A DNA stretch of 59,306 nucleotides, filler included. It is 6 parts of 6 records of this genome, joined end to end, with 100 filler letters (N's around TTAATTAATTAA, not from the genome) between each part and the next. Parts side by side here need not be neighbours in the genome. Positions count along the whole stretch, not along the records: positions 13,510 to 23,930 come from DRR723986_17795; positions 24,031 to 37,519 come from DRR723986_17874; 4 more parts are not named here. The stretch is one strand, 5' to 3'. The stretch's first letter is position 1; every line of letters starts with the position of its first letter. The position numbers and the translations under genes were made by a program. The notes beneath the pieces are model-generated. The model searched no databases, was not told the origin of the DNA, and saw nothing but the letters and a program-made list of their open reading frames with translations. Shown here piece by piece: positions 19,722 to 30,043 of this stretch.

Positions 19722-20798
19722 ATGGCAAGCATTTCTAATTCCCGCCTTGAGCAGGTGATCGACCGATTCGAAGAAGTCGAGGCGCGCATGGGCGCGACCT
19801 CGGATACGGCCGAGATCATCGCGCTGTCGAAGGAACATGCGGAACTGAAGCCCGTCGTCGAAAAGGCGAGGGACCTTCTGAATTCGCGCAAGGGCCTGAA
19901 AGAGGCCCAGGCGCTGGCATCTGGCAGCGACAAGGAAATGGCCGAACTGGCCGAGATGGAAATCGAGGAACTGAAGGAGAAGCTGCCTGAGCTAGAGCAG
20001 GAAATGCAGATCCTCCTGTTGCCGAAGGATGTCGACGACACGGCCGATATCGTGCTGGAAATCCGCGCCGGAACCGGCGGGGACGAGGCGGCGATTTTTG
20101 CCGGTGACCTCTTCCGCATGTACTCGCGTTATGCCCAGCTCATGGGCTGGAAGGTGGATGTGGTAGATGCCTCACCGGGCGATGCGGGCGGCTACAAGGA
20201 GATTGTCGCCAATGTGTCTGGCGATGGCGTGTTCGGCCATATGAAATGGGAAAGCGGCGTGCACCGGGTGCAACGCGTTCCGGCCACCGAGACGCAGGGC
20301 CGGATCCACACATCCGCGGCAACCGTCGCCGTACTGCCCGCGCCGGAAAATATCGAGATCGACATCAAGCCGGAAGACATCCGTATCGATACAATGCGCT
20401 CCTCCGGGGCAGGCGGCCAGCACGTCAACACGACCGACTCCGCCGTGCGCATCACGCACCTGGCAACGGGTATCATGGTGACGAGTTCGGAAAAGTCACA
20501 GCACGTGAACCGTGAGAAGGCGATGGATCAGCTGAAGATCCGGCTCTACGAGAAGCAGCGCGCTGAAGCGGATGCCGAGCGCGCCGAGGCACGGGCCAGC
20601 CAGATCGGTTCCGGCGACCGCAGCCAGAAAGTGCGCACTTATAATTATCCGGAAAACCGCGTGACTGATCACCGGATCGGCCTGACACTTTATTCGCTGG
20701 ACCGGATCATTTCCGGCGACAAGCTGCAGGACGTGATTGAAGCGCTGATCACGGAAGACCAGGCGCGCAAGCTCGCTGCCATGGAAGACGCAGGCTGA
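19722..20798 (+). CDS. prfA: Peptide chain release factor 1
   Basis: GAGGQHVN (GGQ), RF1 PAT motif (VQRVPATE), RTYNYP; followed by prmC. Confidence 0.98.
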   Translation: MASISNSRLEQVIDRFEEVEARMGATSDTAEIIALSKEHAELKPVVEKARDLLNSRKGLKEAQALASGSDKEMAELAEMEIEELKEKLPELEQEMQILLLPKDVDDTADIVLEIRAGTGGDEAAIFAGDLFRMYSRYAQLMGWKVDVVDASPGDAGGYKEIVANVSGDGVFGHMKWESGVHRVQRVPATETQGRIHTSAATVAVLPAPENIEIDIKPEDIRIDTMRSSGAGGQHVNTTDSAVRITHLATGIMVTSSEKSQHVNREKAMDQLKIRLYEKQRAEADAERAEARASQIGSGDRSQKVRTYNYPENRVTDHRIGLTLYSLDRIISGDKLQDVIEALITEDQARKLAAMEDAG

Positions 20799-20818
20799 CA
20801 GCCGACGCAGGCGTCAGG

Positions 20819-21688
20819 ATGGAGGTATCCGGCGTGCAGACCTATCAGGAGCTTCTCCGCGACGGCGCAAACCGCCTGCGCGAAGCCGGTATCGAAGAAG
20901 CCGGCCATGAGGTGCGCCTGATGCTGATGGCTGCCTCCAGCCTGTCCCGCACGGGGCTGATCTCTGCCGAAGCAGACGCGGTGCCGGACGAGGTTGCCGT
21001 CCGGTTCGACGAGATGCTCCGTAAGCGGCAGACACGGCAACCGCTCCAGCACATTCTCGGCTCGACCGAGTTCTATGGTCTTGAATTCATTTGCGATGAG
21101 CGCGCGCTGATCCCGCGACCGGACAGTGAAGTGGTGGTGGAGACCGCCTTGCGCCGGATCCCGGAAGGGGAGGCGATGATTGTCGCAGACCTTGGTACGG
21201 GGACGGGTTGCCTTCTGGCGGCCATCCTCGCCAACCGCCCGCGCGTGCGGGGAGTCGGCGTTGAGGCGAGTCCGCAGGCGGCGAGCCTGGCACGTGAAAA
21301 CCTTGCCCGGCTGAAGCTTCAGGACCGTGCGACCGTTTTCGAAGGAAGCTGGGCGGACTGGCCGGACTGGCAGACGGCGGATTTGGTCATTTCCAACCCG
21401 CCCTACATTGCCAGCAGCGAGATTGCCGGTCTTGCGCCGGAAGTCCGTGCGCATGATCCGGTTTCCGCGCTGGACGGTGGCGAGGACGGGCTGCTCGCCT
21501 ATCGGGAGATTGTCGAACTCGCCAGGGTATATCTGAAACCCGGTGCGTGGCTGGTTTTCGAGATTGGCCATGACCAGAAGGAAGCGGTGTCCGGATTGCT
21601 CGAGTTGGCAGAATTTACCGAAATCGGGGCCTCAAAAGACCTTGGCGGAAATGATCGTGCCGTATGGGGCCGGAAACCCGAAAAGTGA
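20819..21688 (+). CDS. prmC: Release factor glutamine methyltransferase
   Basis: LIPRPDSE, DLGTGTG, SNPPY, ALDGGEDGL. Confidence 0.96.
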   Translation: MEVSGVQTYQELLRDGANRLREAGIEEAGHEVRLMLMAASSLSRTGLISAEADAVPDEVAVRFDEMLRKRQTRQPLQHILGSTEFYGLEFICDERALIPRPDSEVVVETALRRIPEGEAMIVADLGTGTGCLLAAILANRPRVRGVGVEASPQAASLARENLARLKLQDRATVFEGSWADWPDWQTADLVISNPPYIASSEIAGLAPEVRAHDPVSALDGGEDGLLAYREIVELARVYLKPGAWLVFEIGHDQKEAVSGLLELAEFTEIGASKDLGGNDRAVWGRKPEK

Positions 21689-21884
21689 TACTTACATTTT
21701 CGCTTGGCGGCCAAGGCATTACAGGATAGAAGAATCGTGTGAAACGAGATGAGCGGGTTCCGTTGGTTTCCCTCTTCGATCACAGGCTTCGCGCAAAAAA
21801 TGGGGCTGTGGCCAGCTGAACAAAGGGCCAGCGCGACGGAATGCCTGCACAGACTAGCAGGCGCATGAACATGGGACTGACTTC

Positions 21885-22556
21885 ATGAAACGCTCACGCG
21901 GGCGCAACCGCCGGTCAGGCGGTAACAACCAGAACAATTTCAACAATCCGAACCGGCACTTCGAGTCCGTCGGCCCGGACGTGAAGATCCGTGGGTCTGC
22001 CCAGCAGGTGCTTGAAAAGTACCAGCAGTATGCGCGCGACGCCCAGACCAGCGGTGACCGCATTCTCTCGGAAGCCTATTATCAGTTTGCCGAACATTAC
22101 CAGCGCATCGTTGCCAAGCAGCAGGAAGCGCGGGATCGCCAGCAGCAACAGCGCGGCGGCGGCCGCGATGACCGCGACCAGAACCGCCGTGACAATCCCC
22201 GCAATGACGGCGATGACAATTCGAATGAGTCCGGCAAGGACGAGTCTGAAAAGACCGAAGCTAGCGTCGAGCGCCGTGATGCTACGTCGAAGCAGGACGA
22301 CAGCGGTGATGACGCCATGCGGGTCATCGACGAGGATGCCTCCTCTGACGAGTCCACAGCGTCTTCGGATGATGACGACAAGGACGAAAAGCAGAAGCCG
22401 CGCCGCAAGAGCCCGCGCCGCAAGACCTACAAGAGCGGGGAAAATGAGGCTTCAGACGATTCCGATCCGTCTGACGGTGTGTTGAAGACGGTTTCCCGCG
22501 GCCGCCGCAAGGCCAAGGACGAGGAAGCGGAAACGTCCGCCGAAACGACCGACTGA
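21885..22556 (+). CDS. DUF4167 domain protein with an acidic/disordered tail
   Basis: FESVGPDVKIRG..EKY..ARDA..SGDR...QFAEHY; usual prmC-DUF4167-clpB order. Confidence 0.9.
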   Translation: MKRSRGRNRRSGGNNQNNFNNPNRHFESVGPDVKIRGSAQQVLEKYQQYARDAQTSGDRILSEAYYQFAEHYQRIVAKQQEARDRQQQQRGGGRDDRDQNRRDNPRNDGDDNSNESGKDESEKTEASVERRDATSKQDDSGDDAMRVIDEDASSDESTASSDDDDKDEKQKPRRKSPRRKTYKSGENEASDDSDPSDGVLKTVSRGRRKAKDEEAETSAETTD

Positions 22557-22582
22557 GCGGGCAGGCCCCGTCGCAATCAAAC

Positions 22583-22616
22583 AGCCCGGTGCGCTTCAGG
22601 CGGCCGGGCTTTTTCT
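22583..22616 (+). terminator. Rho-independent terminator after DUF4167
   Basis: AGCCCGG...CCGGGCT stem followed by a T-run. Confidence 0.75.
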
Positions 22617-22643
22617 TGTTTGGGCCTTGCCGCCGCAGGGGAG

Positions 22644-22671
22644 TTGCAACACCGGAATCTGTTCCCACATT
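22644..22671 (+). promoter_or_regulatory. Possible RpoH (sigma32) promoter of clpB
   Basis: TTG-N17-CCCACAT resembles the alphaproteobacterial RpoH consensus, upstream of a heat-shock gene. Confidence 0.4.
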
Positions 22672-22751
22672 GGTTGTGAAGGACAATGGCACTGCCGCTA
22701 AGCGGGGCGCCAGAATCCCGAAACAAATCTGCCTTTGAAAGGGGATGATAC

Positions 22752-23930
22752 ATGAATATTGAGCAATATACCGAGCGGGCCCGGGCCATTATCCAGGGCG
22801 CTCAGACAGCCGCATTGGCGGCTGGCCATCAGGTTCTGACACCTGCCCATGTCCTGAAGGAAATGCTGGAGGATCGCGACCAGCTGGCCGTGAACCTCAT
22901 CCGTGCGAGCGGCGGACGGCCGGAGCTTGCCGTTCAGGGCGTCGATACCGCCCTCGGCAAGATCCCGAAAGTTTCCGGCTCGAACACCGGCCTGCGGCTT
23001 GAGCAGGCTGGGGCCAAACTGTTCCAAGATGCTGAAGCCGGGGCCAAGAAGGCTGGCGATTCCTTCGTTACGACCGAGCGTCTTTTGCTGGCGATTGCCG
23101 GCCTCGCCGGTGATCCGGCCGCAGATGTTCTGAAGGATGCCGGTGTGACGCCTAAGGGGCTGGAAGGGGCGATTGCCCAGCTGCGCCAGGGCCGCACCGC
23201 CGACAGCGCCAATGCCGAAGAAGGCTATGAAGCCCTCAAGAAATACGCCCGCGACCTGACCCAGGATGCGCGCGACGGCAAGCTCGACCCGGTCATTGGC
23301 CGCGACGAGGAGATCCGCCGCACGATCCAGGTCCTGTCGCGCCGGACCAAGAACAACCCGGTCCTGATCGGTGAGCCGGGTGTGGGTAAAACGGCAATTG
23401 CCGAAGGCCTCGCCCTGCGCATCGTCAATGGGGATGTGCCGGAAAGCCTGAAGGACAAGAAGCTGCTCGCCCTCGACATGGGCGCGCTGATTGCCGGGGC
23501 AAAGTTCCGCGGTGAATTCGAGGAACGCCTGAAAGCGGTGTTGAACGAAGTCCAGCAGGCCGAAGGCGGCATCATCCTGTTTATCGACGAGATGCACACG
23601 CTGGTCGGAGCCGGGAAGGGCGACGGGGCAATGGATGCCTCGAACCTTCTGAAACCCGCATTGGCGCGCGGTGAGCTCCACTGTGTGGGGGCCACGACGC
23701 TGGATGAATACCGGAAATATGTCGAAGGTGACCCGGCACTTGCCCGCCGTTTCATGGCTGTGTTCGTGGACGAGCCGACCGTGGAAGACACGATCTCGAT
23801 CCTCCGTGGCCTGAAGGGCCGGTATGAGGCTCACCACGGTGTGCGCGTCTCCGACGCTGCGATCGTGTCTGCGGCGACGCTCTCGAACCGCTACATCACG
23901 GACCGCTTCCTGCCGGACAAGGCCATCGAC
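22752..23930 (+). CDS. clpB: ATP-dependent chaperone ClpB, 3'-truncated by the contig end
   Basis: Clp N-domain, [39 protein letters not shown]. Confidence 0.97.
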
Positions 23931-24030
23931 NNNNNNNNNNNNNNNNNNNNNNNNNNNNNNNNNNNNNNNNNNNNTTAATTAATTAANNNNNNNNNNNNNN
24001 NNNNNNNNNNNNNNNNNNNNNNNNNNNNNN
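23931..24030. other. Artificial contig linker
   Basis: 44 N + TTAATTAATTAA + 44 N. Confidence 0.99.
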
Positions 24031-25570
24031 CCTCGCCCGCCTCGGCCAGCATCCTCAGCGCGACGGGCAGGCAATAGCGCCCCTGACAGCGGCCCATGCC
24101 CATGCGGGTCGCACGTTTCAGCGCGCCGGGGTCGCGGGCGCCCTCGGCGATGGCGGCGCGGATCGTCTTGGCGTCCACGGCCTCGCAGCGGCAGACCGTC
24201 GCCGCGTCCTCGGGGGTGTCGGGCGCGGGCGCGTCGAAGAGCGACCAGAGCGCCTGCTGGAAGCGGCGGGCGCGGTGCAGCGGTTCTGCGGGCACGTCCG
24301 GCGCGGTCAGCCCGAGGAAGCCCGCGATCTGCGCGCCTGCCATGGCCCCCTGCGCCTCTGCGGCCGGCGCACCGCCCAAGCCCCCGGCATCTCCGGCGAT
24401 CCAGAGACCGGGGACCGAGGTGGCGCCCGCCGCGTCGCGCTCTGGCACCGGCAGGCCGGTCCTCGGGTCGGGCGTCAGCGCCGCGCCCATCAGGCGCGCC
24501 AGTTCCATCTGGGGCGCGAAGCCTGCGCCGATGCAGACCGTCGCCGCCGCGATCCTGCGCTCGGCGCCACCGGCGACGGGACGGACCGTGGCCCCCTCGG
24601 CGTCGATGGCGGCCACCTCATATCCGGTGAGCACCGGCACACCCTTGCGGGCAAAGCGCAGGCGCTGCGCGAGACCGTCCCGCACCAGCGCCGGGGCGAG
24701 CGTCGCGGCCCGCAGGAGCGCCGCGGGATGGCGCAGGCTGGCGCGTTCCACCACGGCGGCCACCTGCCCGCCCAGCCGCAGGATCTCGTCCGCCAGTTGC
24801 CAGCCCAGCGGCCCGTGGCCCGCCACCAGCACCGGACCGGGCGGCACGACGCCGTAGCGGCGCACCAGCGTCTGCGCGCCGCCGATGCTCAGGACATTGG
24901 CGCCGGTCCAGCCCGGCACCACGGGGGGCACCTCGTAGGCGCCGGTGGCCAGCAGCACCGCGCGGGCCGTCACCGCGTAGCCGCCCCCTGCCCCGTGGCT
25001 GCGGATCGCAAAGCCGTCCCCGGCACGGGCGTGCCAGACCACCTGCCCGGACAGGACCTCGATGCCCGCGGCTGAGACCTGCGCGCGCAGCGCGTCGCCC
25101 GCCATGTGCTGGGCGTCGGAGGCGGTGTCGGCGCGAAAGCCCTCGGTGCGTGGCTTGTAGAACTGCCCGCCAAGGGCGTCGCGCTCGTCCAACACCAGCA
25201 CCCTCGCCCCGGCCTCCGCCAGCACCAGCGCCGCCCTCAGCCCCGCCGGACCGGCACCGATCACCACCGCGTCGGCCTCGTGCCTGGTGGCAGGCTCTGC
25301 CTGTCCCTCCCAGGGGTGCGGCTGCGTCCTCAGGTCGTCCTGCGCGCAGACCGCCATGCCGGGCGTGACCTTGGTCATGCAGGCCAGCCGACCCACCTGC
25401 CCGTCCACCTCAACGGCGCAGTCCTGACAGACGCCCATGCCGCAGAACATGGCGCGGTCCTGCCCGGCGCAGCCCGTGCCCAGCCTGCGCACCCCCGCCG
25501 CCGTCAGGGCCGCGGCGATGCTGTCGCCGGGGCGGGCGTCGAGCGCCGCGCCGTTCCACGTAAAGCGCAT
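24031..25570 (-). CDS. FAD-dependent oxidoreductase with N-terminal 2Fe-2S and C-terminal BFD-like 2Fe-2S domains (HcnA+HcnB / opine-oxidase-like fusion), 3'-truncated
   Basis: CGMGVCQDC..LAC ferredoxin, GAGPAG FAD motif, LATGA, VCRCE...GRCQGRYC. Confidence 0.85.
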
Positions 25571-25574
25571 GGGC

Positions 25575-26468
25575 TCAGGCCTCGGCCTTTTCCAGCAGGT
25601 CCACCGCCTTCAGGGCGGCCAGAAGCTCAGGCATGTCGGCCTCGGGCAACGGCAGGCGCGGGCTGCGCGGCGCACCGGTGGGCAGGCCCATCAGCTCCAG
25701 CGCCTTCTTGGTGGCAGAGACGTAGCGGTGCCCGCCCACCAGCCGGATCACCGGCAGGATCTTCGCGTAAAGCGCACGGGCCGCGTCATAATCCTGCGCA
25801 TCCGCCGTCAGGGAGAAGAGCCGCGCACAGTCACGCGGCAGGATGTTCGAGCCCACGGCGACCCAGCCCTCGGCCCCGTTCACGAAGCTCTCGAAGCCCA
25901 TGATCCCGCCGAAGACGGTCATCCGGTCACCGCAAAGGTCGATGATGTCGCGCACGCGGGTCACGTCCATCGTGCTTTCCTTGATGTAATCCACGCCCCG
26001 CAGCGTCGACAGCCGCGCGACGATCTGCGGGGTCAGGTCCACGTTCGCCGTCGCCGGGTTGTTGTAGAGCATGATCGGCAGGTTCGTGGCGTCCGAGATG
26101 CGGGCGTAGTGGCGGTACAGCTCGTCCTCGGTCGGCGTAGAGTAGAATGGCGGGATGATCATGACGCCGTCGGCGCCGACGGCCTCGGCCATCATGCAGT
26201 TCTCGATCACGTCCTCGGTGCATTCGGCGCCGGCGCCCAGCAGCACCGGCACACGGCCCGCGACGGTGTCGACGACGCAGCGCGCCACGGATTCCCGCTC
26301 TCCGATGTTCAGCGAGAGGAATTCGCCGGTGGAGCCAAGCGGGATCAACCCGTGGATGCCTTCGGTCACCTGCCAGTCGGTGTAGCGGGCCATGCGGGCG
26401 GCGTCGAAGTTGCCCGCCTCGTCATAGGCCGTGACCATCACGGAATAAGTGCCGCGAAAACGGGTCAT
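25575..26468 (-). CDS. Dihydrodipicolinate synthase / N-acetylneuraminate lyase family protein (catabolic DapA-like)
   Basis: GSTGE, PPFY, LYNNP and Schiff-base Lys in IKES. Confidence 0.9.
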   Translation of the reverse strand: MTRFRGTYSVMVTAYDEAGNFDAARMARYTDWQVTEGIHGLIPLGSTGEFLSLNIGERESVARCVVDTVAGRVPVLLGAGAECTEDVIENCMMAEAVGADGVMIIPPFYSTPTEDELYRHYARISDATNLPIMLYNNPATANVDLTPQIVARLSTLRGVDYIKESTMDVTRVRDIIDLCGDRMTVFGGIMGFESFVNGAEGWVAVGSNILPRDCARLFSLTADAQDYDAARALYAKILPVIRLVGGHRYVSATKKALELMGLPTGAPRSPRLPLPEADMPELLAALKAVDLLEKAEA

Positions 26469-27487
26469 TGCGGGATCTCCTTCAAGTTCAGCAATCGCAA
26501 GGGCGTGTCGCGGATCAGCGCCGACACGAGGGGTTCGGGAAAGGACAGGCGCGCCATCAGACGGGTGACGTTGCGCAGGATGTGGCCGTAGCCGTGCCCG
26601 CCCCAGTGGCGCAGGCGGGTCTTGGTGCAGATGTCATGAGAGACGGCGATCTGGTCGCCAAAGCTGTCTTCGGCCAGCGCACGGATCAGGCGCAGGCGGG
26701 TGAGGTCGGTGGGCAGTTCCACCTCGTCGGTCATCCAGTAGTGCGAGGTTTCGACCCCGAAGAAGTCCCATTCGACCGTCGGGCCCCGCTCCAGCAGCGG
26801 GCGGATGCCCTGCCCGTCCGGATGCGTGCGGTCCATGTGGCACAACACGACGCGGGTCAGGTCCGCGCCATTGGCGGAGAGGATGTCGAGGATCTGCGCG
26901 CAGGCGGTGTCATGCCGCCCGGGATGGACGGAAATGGCGGCGCCGGTGCGGGCCTGCGCCCCGGCGGCGGCCTCGAGCGCGCGGGTCTCGAAGGGCGTCA
27001 GCGGCCAGGAACAGCCCATCTCGCCGATAAGCCCGGCGCGGATGTCGGTGCCGTCGAGGCCTTCCGTGACCTCGGCGGTGAAGCGGTCGGCCAGCGCCTC
27101 TGTCGTGGCGCTGCGCAGGGTGTCGGGCACGAAGGCCTCGACATAGGTGCCGGCCGCCGCCACGACATGCACGCCGCTGGTCCGCGAAGCCTTGGCCAGA
27201 CCGCGGGCGTCGCGGGCGAGGCCGTGGACCGACTGGTCCACGATCAGCCCGCCCCCGTCGGCGCGGAAGGCCGCCAACTCTTCGCTCGCGACATCAACAT
27301 CGGTCTGCAAGGCATTGGGCGCGCTTTCATTCGACCGATAGTCGATCTGCCAGCGATCCGCCATCGCGATGGGCGCGGCGGGATCGCCCGAGGCCCCCGG
27401 CGGCACGATGTCGAAGAGGACATGTTCGTGCAGCATCAAGGGCCCGACAGCATCGGGCGACACATCGCCAAGAACCGTGCGGATCAC
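26465..27487 (-). CDS. Phosphotriesterase-family (PHP/PTER-like) metallohydrolase
   Basis: MIRTVLG, HEH, GLIGEMG (Glu bridge), VHPG, CHMDR, SHDIC, WGGHGY. Confidence 0.9.
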   Translation of the reverse strand: MIRTVLGDVSPDAVGPLMLHEHVLFDIVPPGASGDPAAPIAMADRWQIDYRSNESAPNALQTDVDVASEELAAFRADGGGLIVDQSVHGLARDARGLAKASRTSGVHVVAAAGTYVEAFVPDTLRSATTEALADRFTAEVTEGLDGTDIRAGLIGEMGCSWPLTPFETRALEAAAGAQARTGAAISVHPGRHDTACAQILDILSANGADLTRVVLCHMDRTHPDGQGIRPLLERGPTVEWDFFGVETSHYWMTDEVELPTDLTRLRLIRALAEDSFGDQIAVSHDICTKTRLRHWGGHGYGHILRNVTRLMARLSFPEPLVSALIRDTPLRLLNLKEIPQ

Positions 27488-27498
27488 CTTCCGCCCCC

Positions 27499-28332
27499 TT
27501 ACAGGATCTTCGACAGGAAGAGCTTGGTGTGCTCGCTCTGCGGGTTGGTGAAGAACTCCTCGGGCGGCGCTTCCTCGACGATCATGCCATCGGCCATCAT
27601 CAGGACGCGGTCGGCGGCGGCGCGGGCAAAGCCCATCTCATGCGTGACCACGATCATCGTCATGCCCTGCCGCGAGAGGTCGATCATCACGTCCAGCACC
27701 TCCGAGATCATCTCGGGGTCCAGTGCCGAGGTCGGCTCGTCGAAGAGCATGACCTGCGGGCGCAGCGCCAGCGCGCGGGCGATGGCCACACGCTGCTGCT
27801 GGCCGCCCGACAGCTGGCTGGGATAGGCGTCGGCCTTGTCGGGCAGCCCGACGCGGTCCAGCAACTGGCGGGCGTGCTCGACGGCCTTCTTCGGATCCTC
27901 GCCCATGATCTTGACCGGAGCCACGGTGATGTTCTTCATCACGTTCAGATGCGGGAACAGGTTGAAGGACTGAAAGACCATCCCCATGTTCCGCCGCTGC
28001 TTGGCCACCTTGCGATCGCTCAGCGCCACACGCTTGCCGCTGGCGTCCTTGCGGTAGCCCATCAGCTCGCCACAGGCGAGGATGGAGCCGCCCTCGATGG
28101 TTTCCAGATGGTCGATGCAGCGCAGCAGCGTCGACTTGCCAGAGCCGGAGCGGCCGGCGATGACCACCACCTCTCCGGTCCGGACGGTGAGGCTGACGTC
28201 CTTCAGCACCGTATGCGTGCCGAAGCGTTTCTCGACGTTCTTGATCTCGACGATGGGCGGGCCGAGGTCACGGGGACCGGCGGGCGCTGCGGCGAGGAGT
28301 TCGGGGCTCATGTGGGTCATGTCGTCCTCCAT
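27499..28332 (-). CDS. Polar amino acid ABC transporter ATP-binding protein
   Basis: [35 protein letters not shown]. Confidence 0.95.
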   Translation of the reverse strand: MEDDMTHMSPELLAAAPAGPRDLGPPIVEIKNVEKRFGTHTVLKDVSLTVRTGEVVVIAGRSGSGKSTLLRCIDHLETIEGGSILACGELMGYRKDASGKRVALSDRKVAKQRRNMGMVFQSFNLFPHLNVMKNITVAPVKIMGEDPKKAVEHARQLLDRVGLPDKADAYPSQLSGGQQQRVAIARALALRPQVMLFDEPTSALDPEMISEVLDVMIDLSRQGMTMIVVTHEMGFARAAADRVLMMADGMIVEEAPPEEFFTNPQSEHTKLFLSKIL

Positions 28333-28333
28333 C

Positions 28334-29065
28334 TCAGACCTGGGCCGCCTGCCCGGCCAGCACCGGGTCCGGGCGTTTCGTGGGTTCGACGTCCGCGACG
28401 GGACCGAAGGGCCGGTCGTAATGCGCCTCGAGCCGCGTCTGGATCAGACCCCAGACCGTGGTCATCAGGAGGTACCAGCAGGCCGCGCACATATAGGCCT
28501 CGAGCACCTTGAACTCGAGCTGTGCCAGCTGCTGGGTGCGGCGGAAAAGCTCTTCCATCGAGATGACGGACGCCAGAGAGGTGGTCTTGATCATCAGGTT
28601 GAACTGGTTGCCGAGCGGCGGGATGATGACGCGCGTCGCCTGCGGGATGATGACCAGACGCATCCGCTGCGCCCATGTCATGCCAAGCGCGAGGCTGGCG
28701 TCCTCCTGCCCCTTGTTGACCGAGGTGATGCCCGAACGGACGATCTCGGCGAAATAGGCGGCCTCGTGCAGGGACAGCGCGATGATCGCGCTTTCGACGA
28801 CGCCCAGCTTGATGCCGACCTTCGGCAGGACGGTGTAGATGATGACCATCTGCACCAGAAGCGGCGTGCCGCGCCAAATCCAGATGTAGGTGTTCGCGAT
28901 CTGCCTCAGGATCCAGGTCTTGGACATCTTCATGAAGGCCAGCATGACCCCCAGAGAACAGCCGATCAGCATGGCCACGATGGACAGCCAGATCGTCGTC
29001 CAGACGCCGTTCAGCATGTAGGGACTGAACAGGAATTGAAAGAAGTGGTCCCAGCTCCAGGACAT
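28334..29065 (-). CDS. Polar amino acid ABC transporter permease
   Basis: [22 protein letters not shown]-like loop [11 protein letters not shown]. Confidence 0.95.
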   Translation of the reverse strand: MSWSWDHFFQFLFSPYMLNGVWTTIWLSIVAMLIGCSLGVMLAFMKMSKTWILRQIANTYIWIWRGTPLLVQMVIIYTVLPKVGIKLGVVESAIIALSLHEAAYFAEIVRSGITSVNKGQEDASLALGMTWAQRMRLVIIPQATRVIIPPLGNQFNLMIKTTSLASVISMEELFRRTQQLAQLEFKVLEAYMCAACWYLLMTTVWGLIQTRLEAHYDRPFGPVADVEPTKRPDPVLAGQAAQV

Positions 29066-29088
29066 GGGCGGCCCCCTTTGTCGGTTGC

Positions 29089-29114
29089 GGGGCGGCCCGA
29101 AACTGGGCCACCCC
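29089..29114 (-). other. Intercistronic stem-loop just downstream of the binding-protein gene
   Basis: GGGG-C-GGCCC gaaact GGGCC-A-CCCC. Confidence 0.55.
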
Positions 29115-29136
29115 TGTCGTCAGGTCGTGGAGAGGA

Positions 29137-29970
29137 TCACTCGCCGGTGTAGAAGTAGGTGAACTGGCCCGGCCAGCGGTCCCAGACGTCGATGGTGGTG
29201 GTGCCGTATTCTTCCATCATGGCGTCGTAGGTGCCGTCTTCCTTCATCGCGTTGAGCGCGTCGGCCACGGCCTGCGCAAGCTCGGGCTCGTCGAAGGCGA
29301 AGGCGCCGGGCGTGCCGGGATAGAGGCCGGTCGCGGCCTTGGTGAACTGGCCCCGCTCCTGGTAGTAGCTGCCGATGGCGTCCCCGGCGAAGACCGCCGA
29401 GATCTGCCCGCCGCCGAGCGCGAGGAAGGTCTCGCCATAGGTGTTGAAGGCGCGGATATCCATCGGCTCCAGCCCCTCGGCGACCTGCGCGTCGTTGATC
29501 TCGCGCAGCTTCTTCTCTTCGAAACCGGCGATCTCGACGCCCACCGCGTGACCGGCGAGGTCCTTGGGCCCCGCGACGCCTTCGGGGTTGCCGGCGGCGG
29601 CGATCAGCGCCAGCGCGTTCACCGAATAGGGCACCAGCTGCATGAAGCCCGCGCGTTCGTCGGTGAAATAGAGGCCGGTGTTGATCATGTCCCAGCGGTC
29701 GGCATCCAGACCGGGGATCTGCACGGCGAAGTCGACGTTCTGGAACACCGGTTCGAGGCAGAGGCGCTTGGCGATCTCGTCGCCCATGTCCTTGTGCAGC
29801 CCGGCGAGGTTGCCGTCGGCGTCGATGTATTGCTTCGGCGGGATGGTCGCGTTGATCGACATGGTCAGCTTGCCCGCCTCGACCACGGGCAGGTTCTCGG
29901 GGCAGTCCTGAGCGGAGGCGGCGCCTGCCAGAAGGGCAAGGGCGGTTCCGGTCAACATGATCTTCATCAT
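29137..29970 (-). CDS. Polar amino acid ABC transporter substrate-binding protein (SBP family 3)
   Basis: Signal peptide, GKLTMSINATIPP, IPGLDADRWD, DGTYDAMM. Confidence 0.92.
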   Translation of the reverse strand: MMKIMLTGTALALLAGAASAQDCPENLPVVEAGKLTMSINATIPPKQYIDADGNLAGLHKDMGDEIAKRLCLEPVFQNVDFAVQIPGLDADRWDMINTGLYFTDERAGFMQLVPYSVNALALIAAAGNPEGVAGPKDLAGHAVGVEIAGFEEKKLREINDAQVAEGLEPMDIRAFNTYGETFLALGGGQISAVFAGDAIGSYYQERGQFTKAATGLYPGTPGAFAFDEPELAQAVADALNAMKEDGTYDAMMEEYGTTTIDVWDRWPGQFTYFYTGE

Positions 29971-30043
29971 TTCATCGTTCCTCTGTTGGGATTGGGGGGG
30001 GACGGGGCCGCTTCATCGGCCCTCTGGTGTGTCTGGGGTCAGG

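Noticed and set aside
19722..20798. Programmed frameshift in the release factor gene
   Set aside because: The frame is uninterrupted and the PAT motif marks RF1, not RF2
25575..26468. Assigning the symbol dapA
   Set aside because: The catabolic operon context suggests a paralogue, not the lysine biosynthetic enzyme
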